Origin: Eledone cirrhosa
Lineage: Eukaryota
Length of the DNA stretch: 64,000 nucleotides
Direction: 5' to 3'
NCBI GenBank assembly: GCA_964016885.1
Contig: OZ024764.1
Coordinates: forward strand, 3,100,001-3,164,000
Shown: positions 38,363-52,972 of the stretch, piece by piece
Layout: each line of letters begins with the position of its first letter
Numbering within the stretch: the stretch's first letter is position 1
Translations under genes and position numbers: made by a program
The notes under the pieces: generated by a model
What the model was told of the DNA's origin: nothing
The model's input: the letters and a program-made list of their open reading frames with translations, nothing else
Databases searched by the model: none

Positions 38363-38796
38363 ATTAGTTTGTGATATTTCATGGTTAAACCCTCTTGTCA
38401 AATGCGTTAGAAAGGACTGATAAGCTTCATAAAGATGCTACAATGCAGCAAACGATGACAAATAAACACAAAACAAAATACAGTTGTCATATATATATAA
38501 ATGAAGGAAAAATGGTGTGCTGCGTTGTTGCGAATGTGATACATATGAATGAAAAATAGACCAAGAAACCGGGACTATCCATCATCAGTCATCTTCTGTC
38601 TATCATCGGTATTTCTTCGCATTAAAGATCAGATACCTCAAAATATATATATATATATATGTAGAAGTTCTTCTATTTAAATTGTTGGGATACAACAAGC
38701 AAATATTTTTATAACTGATATAAAGCACTCAACAAATTATTGGAGTAAAAATACGATATATTAACAAATGGAAACTATATTTATAAAACCATATTT

Positions 38797-38858
38797 ATTT
38801 CATTATACATATTTCAAGGACACCAAGTTAAATTATGGTGTGCTTTCATCAGATAAAA
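38797..38858 (-). ncRNA. Minimal type I hammerhead ribozyme motif, paralog of 46451-46512
   Basis: Minus strand: ttttat-CTGATGA-aagcacacca...tggtgtcctt-GAAAT-atgt-ATA-atgaaa. Confidence 0.6.
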
Positions 38859-39346
38859 TATAATATAGAGCAGTTTTATAAATAAATATTGACATACCCT
38901 TAAAGAATGCAACCATTACTGTTGGAAGCTCCCGGATAGTATATATATATATATATATATTGAAAAGATAACAAGGACGATTGGTTACTCCTTCATTACG
39001 TTTATTGGTAGGTGACACGTGTTTCGCCACTGATCAGCTCAAGGTTCGATCTGTATCGATCTGACCTGACTCTGTAATCTGCGGCATGTCGGACCCCTTT
39101 CTACTAACATTACAAGGGGTTCGACGTGCCGCAGATTACAGAGTCGGGTGGGATCGATAAGATCGAACCTTGAGCTGATCAGTGGTGAAACACGTGTCAC
39201 CAACCAATAAACGTAATGAAGGAGTAACCAATCGTCCTTGTTATCTTTTCACTATAATACACTCTGTCTAGCTCTACACCTCCACACTGAAGTGAACCTA
39301 AATGAGTGCTCACCCGGGTGAACCTACAGAGACTCCAAGTTACACT

Positions 39347-39380
<34 letters not shown>

Positions 39381-39382
<2 letters not shown>

Positions 39383-39950
39383 TCATCATCATCATCATCA
39401 GGTTTAGCGTCCGTGTTCCACGCTTGCATGGGTTTGGACGGGGGTTTTCCCACTTGAGGCAAGAGTGGTTGTCTTGCTCGCATAGGACTGTCTGGCGGGT
39501 TTTCTACAGTTGGATGCCCTTCCTAACACCAACCACATTTACAGTGTGGGGCTGGGAGGTTTTTACCGTGTTGCCTACACGGCCACATTACAGCGTGGAC
39601 TGTCTGGCGGGTTTTCTACAGTTGGATGCCCTTCCTAACACCAACCACATTTACAGTGTGGGGCTGGGAGGTTTTTACCGTGTTGCCTACACGGCCACAT
39701 TACAGCGTGGACTGTCTGGCGGGTTTTCTACAGCTGGATGCCCTTCCTAACACCAACCTCATTTACAGTGAGTGCTGGGAGGTTTTTACCGTGTTGCCTA
39801 CACGGCCACATTACAGCGTGGACTGTGTGTTTTTTGTCGTGACACCTACACGATCTCATTTGTTTCGGCCTGGATGTTGTGGGACCAACATAACTTTACA
39901 TTGAAAGGGGTGGTGTGGATGGGGTGGAGGTGGTGGGACGGGGGGGTGTT
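39381..39950 (-). mobile_element. Retroposon 3' region (second RTE-type tail) with internal ~110-bp triplication; related copies at 17855-18008, 44243-44590 and 51735-51872
   Basis: Shared ccgtccaaacccatgcaagcgtggaacacggacg + (GAT)n tail and gttggtgttaggaagggcatcca block. Confidence 0.7.
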
Positions 39951-39976
39951 TTGATATATATATATATACATACACA

Positions 39977-40275
39977 CAGTTGTTCCCTCGTATTCACGGG
40001 GACTACATTCCTATAACACCCTCGAATATTAGACGTGGTCCATAAAAATGCCTATAAACATCAAAATATAACGTAAAATATAATAAAAAATGGAGAGAGT
40101 CTTATGTGAAGGGGCGTCTAATAGGCCAGCAAATATTGTATATTGTTGATAATTTAGTGTTAAAAAGCGGGGAAAAATCACGGTAGATATTTACGATTCT
40201 GGGAATATGTGGTGGTTACCACAAACAATTTTTTAGTTAGGTTCTGAGGAAGATTCCATGAATGCAGGGGTTGTT
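39977..40275. mobile_element. pogo/Tigger-like MITE
   Basis: CAGTTGTTCCCTCGTATTCACGGGG left end; degenerate complementary right end ccatgaatgcagggg. Confidence 0.55.
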
Positions 40276-40344
40276 GTTGTTACAGCAGGTTTAGCTGGCC
40301 TCCTCCAAGGTATATCTCGTTGGAGGTGTCTTGCGTAATTTAAT

Positions 40345-40510
40345 GATAGGGACCCCAGTCCCTATCATCTCATTTCTACAGCTGAGTAAACTGAAGCAAT
40401 GTGAAATAAAGTGTCTTGCTCAAGGAAACAACACATCACCTGGTCTGAGAATTGAACTCACAACCTTTCCATTGCAAGCCCAATGCTTTGACCACTAAGC
40501 CATGCGCCTG
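40345..40510 (-). mobile_element. CORE-like SINE, 5' portion
   Basis: Reverse complement of head and CORE-like region. Confidence 0.8.
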
Positions 40511-40673
40511 GCGTACACTGTAATGTTTTTACTCGGTGTATTTCAATATAATATTTCAGGGCTAATCCTCTCTTTTCAAATATAAAAACGTAAATGGTTC
40601 AAAACAAAACAAAACATGTTTGATGTGTTCTTCCTTAAATAGTCCCCTCATTGTTATTATTATTTTAATCCAG

Positions 40674-40911
40674 GTACATTGAAGGATTGAACTCTAGCAG
40701 TCGCTGTGTGAGTGACTGGAACAAGACCCTGAATGCCACCCCGGAGACCATCAGCACACAGAGCGAGAAGAGGCTGCCCACACACTGGATGTCTCAGGGA
40801 AGTAACTACCATGGTTCCCTCACCAATGCCCTGTGGGCGCTCAGAGATCTCATGCTTAAAGACACACTAAACATCACCAAAACTCTGCCTTTTGATGACC
40901 TGTGTATGTAG
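40674..40911 (+). CDS. PBRM1: Polybromo-1 C-terminal coding exon (RYIEGLNSSSRCVSDWNKTL...RLPTHW...ALWALRDLMLKDTLNITKTLPFDDLCM*)
   Basis: atccag acceptor in phase 2; matches the PBRM1 C-terminus YIEGL..W..TL...RLP.HW...ALW.LRDLML.DTLNI; TAG at 40909-40911, or internal donor after 40903. Confidence 0.95.
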
Positions 40912-41021
40912 CCAAACTTTTAAAAATTTTCTGTGGCTGTATTTCTAATGAAATACACTCCATTTCAATTAACCAACGTTTTCTTTACTGTATTTCTAAT
41001 GAAATACACTGTATTTCTACT

Positions 41022-41027
41022 AATAAA
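41022..41027 (+). promoter_or_regulatory. Candidate polyadenylation signal (AATAAA)
   Basis: AATAAA about 110 nt after the TAG, followed by T-rich sequence; the AT-rich context makes a chance match possible. Confidence 0.35.
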
Positions 41028-41039
41028 TGAAGAAGTTTG

Positions 41040-41560
41040 AGACCTTTACTAAAATTATTAATTATTTCATTGCATTCTTCTTTTTGTCGTGTCCACAAGA
41101 TTGTCAGGTACAAAGCTTGGCTAGATGTGGTTCAGCTCAACACATTGCTGTCCTTTCTCATTGAACTCTGCCAAGTCCAATACTGTACAGGGGTGTTCCA
41201 GCAGAGATGTTCCAATGCTGTGCAGGGGTGTTCCAGCAGAGATGTTCCAATGCTGCGCAGGGATGTTCCAATGCTGTGCAGGGGTGTTCCAGCAGGGATG
41301 TTCCAATGCTGTGCAGGGATGTTCTAATGCTGTGCAGGGGTGTTCCAGCAGGGATGTTCCAATGCTGTGCAGGGATGTTCCAATGCAGTGCAGGGATGTT
41401 CCAATGCTGTGCAGGGGTGTTCCAGCAGGGATGTTCCAATGCAGTGCAGGGGTGTTCCAGCAGGGGACATATCAGGAGGTGCTGTGTAGTCTGTGGTTCG
41501 ATGCCGCAGTCACACACAACGTCCCCATCCTTTAAATATCCCCATTTTGCAAGATTGTGT
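41040..41560 (-). mobile_element. LINE 3' remnant (CCHC motif) interrupted by a short-unit tandem expansion at 41185-41465
   Basis: LAKWGY...CDCG..PQTTQHLLICPLL motif typical of non-LTR RT C-termini. Confidence 0.6.
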
Positions 41561-42180
41561 CCCACAGGGTGACCCCACTGGTCCTGTGGAAAGCACAACT
41601 CTCTTCTGTCACCTGTGTCGTAAACCATGTAGATCTACAGCTGGCCTACAAAGTCCCACAGGGTGACCCCACCAGTCCTGTGGAAAGCACAACTCTCTTC
41701 TGTCACCTGTGTCGTAAACCATGTAGATCTACAGCTGGCCTACAAAGTCCCACAGGGTGACCCCACCAGTCCTGTGGAAAGCACAACTCTCTTCTGTCAC
41801 CTGTGTCGTAAACCATGTAGATCTACAGCTGGCCTACAAAGTCCCACAGGGTGACCCCACCAGTCCTGTGGAAAGCACAACTCTCTTCTGTCACCTGTGT
41901 CGTAAACCATGTAGATCTACAGCTGGCCTACAAAGTCCCACAGGGTGACCCCACCAGTCCTGTGGAAAGCACAACTCTCTTCTGTCACCTGTGTCGTAAA
42001 CCATGTAGATCTACAGCTGGCCTACAAAGTCCCACAGGGTGACCCCACCAGTCCTGTGGAAAGCACAACTCTCTTCTGTCACCTGTGTCGTAAACCATGT
42101 AGATCTACAGCTGGCCTACAAAGTCACTTACGAAGTCATGGACGTGGATAGGATGACAATGAAGAATCAATAAGAGACGG
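41560..42180 (+). repeat. 94-bp tandem repeat (6 copies) derived from an RTE LINE zinc-finger end
   Basis: Period 94; unit encodes FCHLCRKPCRSTAGLQS and the final copy continues HLRSHGRG*. Confidence 0.88.
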
Positions 42181-42702
42181 AAATTGTCTGTCAATACGCT
42201 GGAGTCCTCATATACGCATATATATATATATATATAACGAAGGAAATGTGGTAAGGAACCAGGTGGACCATAACGCACCAAAGTACTCAATACTTAGGGT
42301 AGTAGAGTGGGTAATAGGAACGAGTAGGACCCCGACGGCTGAACTCAAGCCGTTTCGACGGCTAATTCTGGACTCTTGAGCTCAGCCGTCGGGGACCTAC
42401 TCGTCCCTATATATATATATATATATATATGATGTGACAATAAGAATTGCAGCTTTTTGTAAACTTTATTTCATATTATAATTGTTTCTATGGCGATCAG
42501 CTTGGGTTTGATCATGTGATCGGGTCCTAACTTAAGCAACACTTCAGAAGCTGCAATTCTTATTGTCCCTTTATAGATACACTCTGAAAACTACAGCTGC
42601 CTTAAACCTGGAGCACAACCTAATGAGAGACAGGCACAGTTATACAGTATTGAGTACTTCAACAAGCATTGGCGATAGTAACTACAAGTTACTCACATAG
42701 TA

Positions 42703-43599
<897 letters not shown>

Positions 43600-43733
43600 G
43601 ATAAATCTACCAAGAGTTTACGGTAGTGTCCAATCCGTATGAAGAACTCAATGTAATCCGGATATCATGGAAAGAAGAGATGCAATGAAAAATCACTTTC
43701 GGTGAAAGATAAACGGAATACAGAGTCAAGATA

Positions 43734-44143
43734 AAATATTAAAAAAATAATGAATAAAACAATGAAACAGTTCCTTATATTAAACAAAAAAAGTTCATTA
43801 TTTAACGATCGTTTCTAGGATGTATATGTGTTAGAATTGGCATGCATATTCAACAGATCTATGTACAAAATTATACAAACTATCAAAATTAAATATACAT
43901 ACCAAACACATATATATGCCGTCTTCAGAAATAATTTCTGAAGACGGCATATATATGTGTTTGGTATGTATATTTAATTTTGATAGTTTGTATAATTTTG
44001 TATAATTTTGTACATAGATCTGTTGAATATGCATGCCAATTCTAACACATATACATCCTAGAAACGATCGTTAAATAATGAACTTTTTTTGTTTAATATA
44101 AGGAACTGTTTCAATGTTTTATTCATTATTTTTTTAATATTTT
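43734..44143. repeat. ~410-bp near-perfect palindrome with a hammerhead-like motif in each arm
   Basis: Arms mirror around tcttcagaaataatttctgaaga; attt-CTGAAGA...GAAAC-gatc-GTT-aaat. Confidence 0.85.
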
Positions 44144-44163
44144 ATATATATATATATATATAT

Positions 44164-44214
<51 letters not shown>

Positions 44215-44639
44215 CATATATATACATATATATACATATATATCATCATCATCATCATCAACGTTTAACGTCCGTGTTCCACGCTTGCATGGGTTTGGAC
44301 GGGGGTAGTCCCACTTGAGGCAAGAGTGATTGTCTTGCTCGCATAGGACTGTCTGGCAGGTTTTCTACAGTTGGATGCCCTTCCTAACACCAACCACATT
44401 TACAGTGTGGGTCTGGGAGGTTTTTACCGTGTTGCCTACACGGCCACATTACAGCGTGGACTGTGTGTTTTTTTGTCGTGACACCTACACGATCTCATTT
44501 GTTTCGGCCTCGATGGCGCGGCACCAACATAACTTTACATAGAACGGGGTGGTGTGGATCGGGTGGGGGTGGGGGTGGTGGGACGGGGTGTATTTTGTTA
44601 GAGATGCCTACTGGCTGGAGTAGGTTTTACTATATATTT

Positions 44640-44895
44640 AGGTAAGGCGGGTCTTCTCTGTTACTGAGTACCGCCAAAGGTCTCGGTCCAGTGACATTGT
44701 CTTGGAGAGGTGTAAGTGTGTGATGTCGGAGTTTATCAGCTCGTCCCAGGTTTTTCTAGGTCTGCCTATTCCGTGACTACCGTCTATCTTTATTGCCCTG
44801 CACTTTGTTATACAGCTATCGACTTTCATGCGCATCACGTGTCCATACCAACGTAGCCTTCTCTCGAGTAAACAACATCTGATCCCTCTTATCTC
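44640..44895 (-). mobile_element. 5'-truncated RTE-clade LINE 3' end
   Basis: [12 protein letters not shown]...GRPRKTW...DRDLWR. Confidence 0.87.
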
Positions 44896-44897
44896 TA

Positions 44898-45500
<603 letters not shown>

Positions 45501-45501
<1 letters not shown>

Positions 45502-45849
45502 GAGGCACATGGCTTAGTGGTTAGAGCATTGGCCTTGCAATCGAAAGGTTGTGAGTTCAATTCTCAGACCGGGTGATGTGTTGTTTCCTTGAGCAAGACA
45601 CTTTATTTCACATTGCTCCAGTTTACTCAGCTGTAGAAATGAGATGATAGGGGCTGGGGTCCCTATCATTCCACTGTAAAGTGGTCATGGAGTTGCCACG
45701 GCAAAAAAGCACCCAGCTCACACTGTAAATGAGGTTGGTGTTAGGAAGGGCATCCAGCTGTAGAAATCAAGCCAGCATCAGTTCCCGTCCCACCCTTGCA
45801 AGCAGGGCAAAGCAGACGTATGATGATGATGATGATGATGATGATGATG
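45501..45849 (+). mobile_element. tRNA-derived CORE-like SINE
   Basis: Same family; full head to (GAT)n tail; follows (TA)n. Confidence 0.88.
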
Positions 45850-46170
45850 TTTCACTGTCGATCAGTTCGAGCAATGATGTGTTAATGATCGAACCTGACC
45901 CTGGAATCGGAAGCTCCTCAGATATGTGTTAACATGTACTACTTACCAAAGAAAGGGCTAGGAGGTCCCTTCAGTTGTGTGAAAGACATGACAGCCTCCC
46001 CTGTATACTCAATAGAAGATAATACCATATGTGAGATACTGAGCTCCCTGGCCTGTCCGGGAGGTCAGAGGTCAGTAACCCCGTGTCAGTCCTGTCTTGG
46101 TCTATGTAGACCTGTCCAAGCAAGGAAAGAGGATATTAGACAATGATGATGATGATGATGATATGTATGA

Positions 46171-46211
<41 letters not shown>

Positions 46212-46450
46212 GAGGTTATATTTAATTTGTTGGGATACAACAAGCTTAAAAATATTTTTATAACTGATATAAAGCACTCAACAGATTAGTGGAGTAAATA
46301 TACAATATATTAACAAATGGAAACTATATTTATAAAACCATATTTATTTTATTATACATATTTCAAGGGCCACCAAGAAAGCTTCAACTGTTGAGGTTGT
46401 CTTTTTTCAGGGTATGTCAATATTTATTTATAAAACTAATCTGTATTGTA

Positions 46451-46512
46451 TTTTATCTGATGAAAGCGCACCATAATTTGCCTTGGTGGCCCTTGAAATA
46501 TGTATAATAAAA
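46451..46512 (+). ncRNA. Minimal type I hammerhead ribozyme motif
   Basis: ttttat-CTGATGA-aagcgcacca...tggtggccctt-GAAAT-atgt-ATA-ataaaa; 6-bp stem I. Confidence 0.65.
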
Positions 46513-46802
46513 TAAATATGGTTTTATAAATATAGTTTCCATTTGTTAATATATTGTATATATATATATATATATATATTTTTTAAAATAACAGATTAAA
46601 GTTTAAGCAAAGAATCGCTGCTTTCACCCTAAACGGGATCTTCTGAAACTCTAGGGTTCTTATATATTTGATATGTATTTATCCCAATCGAGCTCTCTTT
46701 GGATTTTAGTCTTCACATTTATTATTATTAATATATATATATGTGTATCTATATATATATATCTAGTTACGGTTATTTTTACTCCTTTTCTCTCTTTTAC
46801 AG

Positions 46803-46930
46803 GAAATTCCACTACACTGTCCACTACAACAACAATAACAACAACAAACCAACCATTTACTAAGCATAACTACTGTTTAGAGTCCACTGCCAACACTACC
46901 ACCAACAATAACAACTTTATTTCCTTGTAG
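46803..46930 (+). other. PBRM1: Candidate alternative last exon (completes TGA stop, then 3' UTR) of polybromo-1; 3' end unknown
   Basis: Strong acceptor ttttactccttttctctcttttacag; its first bases GA complete T|GA from a T|gtatgt donor at 40903/40904; followed by non-repeat sequence. Confidence 0.45.
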
Positions 46931-47033
46931 CCTTAATAGTTTTAGTCACAGTTATATTACTTGTTTGCCAAGTGACTTGATCTGAAACTGTGTGCTGAAA
47001 CTGAAGCAATTTATGTATAGAAAAGTCATTTTA

Positions 47034-47140
47034 GCCACAGTGGTACATGTCTGGCAACTGACACAGTGGTACATGTCTGGCAACTGACACAGTGGTACAT
47101 GTCTGGCAACTGACACAGTGGTACATGTCTGGCAACTGAC
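47034..47140. repeat. Short tandem repeat (cacagtggtacatgtctggcaactga, about 4 copies)
   Basis: Direct observation; flanked by a duplicated tgacttgatctgaaa...aagagtcattttagcca segment. Confidence 0.85.
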
Positions 47141-47415
47141 TTGATCTGAAATTATGTTGAAACTAAAGCAATTACAGTAGGGAAGAGTCATTTTAGCCAT
47201 TTAAAAACACACAAAAGCTATTAACTTTATTTTATATATGTGTGTGTATAGTGTTAGGTATTTCCGAAGAAAAAGCCAAGGAAAAAAGAGTGCTCTATGT
47301 ATAGAACTGAGCTACTTTAATTTGTTAACGACAGCAACAGTTGACTGATCAAATGATTAGTCAGTCAATCATATTAGTGGCCTGCTCACAGCCCCGGAAT
47401 ATATTTGTATATATA

Positions 47416-48708
47416 CGAGGGCAATCCCAAAAGTAAGGTCTCCTTTTTTTTTAGAAATACAAACAACCGTTTATTTTCTATAATTTTTACATCATTTTAA
47501 AGGTTGAACAATTATTTATTTTTCTACATGATCGCCATTTCGGTAGACGCTGTGGCAGTTTTTGTATGCCCGTGTCATACCAGCTCGCCGCCATGTCCTC
47601 CAGGAAGTGTTGAACCTCATCTTTCACCTCTTCGTCGGAGCAGAATCGCCTTCCGGCCAAATGTTCGTTCAACTTAAGGAACAGGTGGTAGTCACTGGGT
47701 GCCAAGTCCAAACTATAGGGTGGGTGGGTGATGATGTTCCAACCAAAGTTTTGCAGGAGAGCGACGGTTTGACGGGCGACGTGTGGGCGAGCGTTGTCGT
47801 GGAGAATGCTTACGCCCTTGCTCAACATTCCTCTTCTCCGGTTCTGAATTGACCTTCTGAGTTTTTTCAGTGTTTCACAGTACCTGTCAGCGTTTATTGT
47901 GGTCCCAACAGGCATAAAGTCAACCAACAAAGCCCCTTCCGGTCCCAAAACACAGTTGCCAGGACTTTACCGGACTGTGTTTGTTTGAATTTTTGCGGCT
48001 TGGGTGAAGAGGGATGCCGCCACTAGCGTGATTGTTGTTTGGTCTCAGGTGTAAAGTGGAAGGCCCAGGTTTTATCACCCGTCACAATCGAGTCCAAGAA
48101 GTTGTCCTTTTCGTCTGCATAGCGGGAAGAATCAACTTGTTGCCGTTTGTGGTCTTCTGTCAGCATTCGTGGCACCCATCTTGCGCACACCTTCCGATAT
48201 AGCAACTTTTCCGTTAAAATCCTGTGGATGGTGCTTCGGGAAACCTCAGGAACCAAAATGCAGAGAGCATCCAGAGTGATCCGCCGATCTTTACGCGTGT
48301 TTTCCTCAACCTTTGTGACTGTCTCGTCGGAAATTGACGGTCTCCCGCTCCTTTGTTCGTCGTGAATTTCAGTACGACCAGCTGTAAACTCTCTACACCA
48401 CTTGCGAACGTTTTTGACATCCATGCACGACTGTCCATACACTTCCGTCAATTGGCGATGAACTTCAATCGGTTCAACGCCTGTTGTGTTCAAAAACTGA
48501 ATAACTGCGCAAACTTCGCACTTGGCTGCGGTAGCGTTCAACGGGAGCTCCATTCTCACGGGCTGCCAAGCCAAGATTGAGCATCCCAGCAAACCGCTCG
48601 TATGGGAGTGAAGGAAGCACCAATCACAACAGTGTTGCCAACAGCCGTACGGACAGTTTCTCTGCGTCCCCCATCGCTTTGGGGACCTTACTTTTGGGAT
48701 TACCCTCA
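47416..48708 (-). mobile_element. Full-length (1293 bp) mariner (DD34D) DNA transposon
   Basis: ~28-bp TIRs cgagggcaatcccaaaagtaaggtctcc / ggggaccttacttttgggattaccctca; TA on both sides. Confidence 0.95.
47500..48553 (-). pseudogene. Mariner transposase, inactivated by an in-frame stop (48023-48025) and frameshifts
   Basis: Motifs RSGRP, WVPRML, TGDKTW, HDNARPH, PYSLDLAPSDY split over two ORFs. Confidence 0.93.
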
Positions 48709-48758
48709 TATGTATATATATATATATTTTGTTTCTGAATTTGACCCTCCCAAAGTAT

Positions 48759-48821
<63 letters not shown>

Positions 48822-48849
48822 TATATATATATATCTATCTATCTATCTA

Positions 48850-49250
48850 AGGCGGGTAAAATTCACGAGATCCATGGACGAGTTCTCTCCAGCGGTCTCT
48901 GTCCCTCATTATCGCTGCCATATCCCGCATCTCCAACAGACCAGTGTCTGTCCTTAGGGCATCAACATATGTTAACCTTGGTCTTCCTCTTCTAGTGTGT
49001 CCATGTAGGGGCTCCCAAAGGAGCACTGAGTGCAGTGTCAACTCTGGATGCCGGTGAGCATGTCCAGCCAACCTCAGTCTCCTCTGTGTCACTTTTGAGC
49101 TGACTTTTGGGATGCTCCCATACAGCTCTGAGTTTTTCATCCTCAGTGTATACTGATTAATGTTCAGAGCCATCCTCAGCATTCTCGTGTAGCACCCATC
49201 CACCATCTGAGGTGGGTCTGAGACTTGGACACTGACCAAGAGACTCACTC
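48850..49250 (-). mobile_element. 5'-truncated RTE-clade LINE 3' end
   Basis: DGCYTRMLRMALN...RRLRLAGH..RH...LLWEP.HG..RGRP. Confidence 0.87.
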
Positions 49251-49369
49251 AGATATATATATATATATAACACAAATAAGAGTGTGTTACACAGTGAGAT
49301 TACAAGTGAGTTTTATTGTTACTGTATAGAGAACAATATCTACAGGTTTAGCAATTAAATAGAAAAAAA

Positions 49370-50736
<1,367 letters not shown>

Positions 50737-51089
50737 CGAGGGAGTGTAACAGGAAGTTACTGTAAGTTCACCCAGTTCACTCAATGTTTAGGTTCACATC
50801 TGTATCGAGGTGTAGAGCTAGACAGAGTGTAATATAATAATACAAGGATGATTGGTTGAGCCTACATTATGTTTATTGACTGGTGACGCGCGTTTCGCTA
50901 TTGATCAGCTCATGGTTTGATCTGTATTGATCTGGCCTGACTCTGTCATTACCACAGCAGAAGTCCGATGAGCTTTAGATTCCAGATTCAACCAGATCAA
51001 TACAGATCGAACCTTGAGCTGGTCAATAGCGAAACAAGCCTCACCAATCAATAAACGTAATGGAGGCTTCACAAATCGTCCTTGCATTA

Positions 51090-51401
51090 TATCATCATCA
51101 TCATCATTTTACGTCCACTTTTCCCTGCTTGCAAGGGTGGGACGGGAACTGATTCTGGCTTGATTTCTACAACCTCATTTACAGTGAGTGCTGGGTGCTT
51201 TTTCGTGGCGCCTACACGTCCACTTTACAGTGGAATGATAGGGACCCCAGTCCCTATCATCTTATTTCTACAGCTGAGTAAACTGGAGCAATGTGAAATA
51301 AAGTGTCTTGCTCAAGGAAATAACACATCACCCGGTCTGAGGCTTGAACTCACAACCTTTCGATTGCAAGGCCAATGCTCTCACCACTAAGCCATGTGCC
51401 T

Positions 51402-51403
<2 letters not shown>
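51090..51403 (-). mobile_element. tRNA-derived CORE-like SINE
   Basis: Reverse complement of the same family, with (ATC)n at the left end. Confidence 0.87.
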
Positions 51404-51460
<57 letters not shown>

Positions 51461-52074
51461 AACACCGACAGCTGAGCTCAAGCCGTTTCGACGGCTAATT
51501 CTGGACTAAATGAAAATTTATCCTGGTATTTAAATAGCCGATCTTCTCAAGGGGTAATTCCATATATGGTCAAAGTGATTGTCAAAAATCAGTAGTAATT
51601 CTGTGGTTGCAAATTAGTAGGGGTATTACCCACTCTACTACCTCAAGTATTGAGTACTTTGGTGCGTTATGGTCCACCTGGTTCCTTACCACTTTTCCTT
51701 TGTTATATATATATATATATATATATTTAATGTATACACTGTAAATGTGGTTGGTGTTAGGAAGGGCATCCAGCTGTAGAAAACCCGGTTGCCTCAAGTG
51801 GGAAAACTCCTGTCCAAACCCATGCAAGCGTGGAATATGGACGTTAAACGATGATGATGATGATGATGATGATATTTATATACATACATTTTAATAATTT
51901 ATTTTCTTGTAGGAAAAGTTTTCCTAGCCCTGCCTGTTAACTGGTCACTAACACAGTCCTATTACAACTGACCAGTTGAATTGTTTCATTGACCAGGTCG
52001 CACACAGTGCTATGAAAACTTTTGATATCAAGAAATAAATGATAAAATAAAGTTAATAGGTCTTATTCAGTTTT

Positions 52075-52535
52075 GGTGTGTGGCTGAGTGGTTAGAGAAT
52101 TGGATTCACCATTGTGTGGTTGTGAGTTCAATTCCCAGACTGGGTGATGTGTTTCTTGAGCAAAACACTTTATTTCACATTGTGACCAGTAGATAGTATT
52201 AGCAATTGGAAAGACCAATGGAAACATTGTTTCCTTGGTCCGATTTGGTGATGTTCCACCACACTCAGTAATTGATTAGGTCAGGGATGTCAATCAAGGT
52301 TGTAAATTGTGTGTGTTTGTATATAAATATGTGTGGAGGCACGTGACTTAGTAGTTAAATAATTTCGTTCATAATAATGAGGTTGTGAGTTCGATTCCCA
52401 GATCAGGCGATAAGTTATATCCTTGAGCGAGACACTTTATTTCATTCTGCCAGAGGTTGTGACCGGTAGATAGTATTAGCTATTGGAAAGATTGTTTCCT
52501 TGATTCGGTTTAGTGAGTTCCCCTTCACTCAGTCA
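52075..52535 (+). mobile_element. Two diverged tRNA-SINE copies with a different body
   Basis: A/B boxes, cttgagcaaaacactttatttcac, then tgtgacc.gtagatagtattagc..ttggaaaga body. Confidence 0.65.
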
Positions 52536-52782
52536 ACAAATGTGGCTGGGGTCTTGTGGATTGACTCCCTTTTTAAAATACTAAAATGACTCTTCCATCC
52601 AGAAATTTCTCCACCATAATTTATATTTCTAAAAGAAACTTTGCAGAGATACATTTTTTTTAATGATTCCGATTTTTTCTTTGTCTTTTACTTCCTGAAA
52701 CACTCCTTTCAGTGAGTACTGTCAGAAGGGACTGTCCCCTATTGATCTGGCTGAACCCAAGCGAGACCAGTCGAGCTTGTGT

Positions 52783-52814
<32 letters not shown>

Positions 52815-52972
52815 GTGTATTTATATGTATTTATTTATTCTCACTTATTCCTGGGAGAGTTGTTGCACCAGCTCTACCACTGTAGAGTGGACTGGATGTC
52901 ATCCAACCATTTAGCTTGGTGTGTGTCTACCCCTGGGTCTCCTACCTGTTGGTTTTGCTTGTAAAATCTGTC

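Noticed and set aside
42318-42408. Hammerhead in the GC-rich hairpin
   Set aside because: Minus-strand core reads CTCAAGA and stems II/III do not form convincingly; kept only as a hairpin
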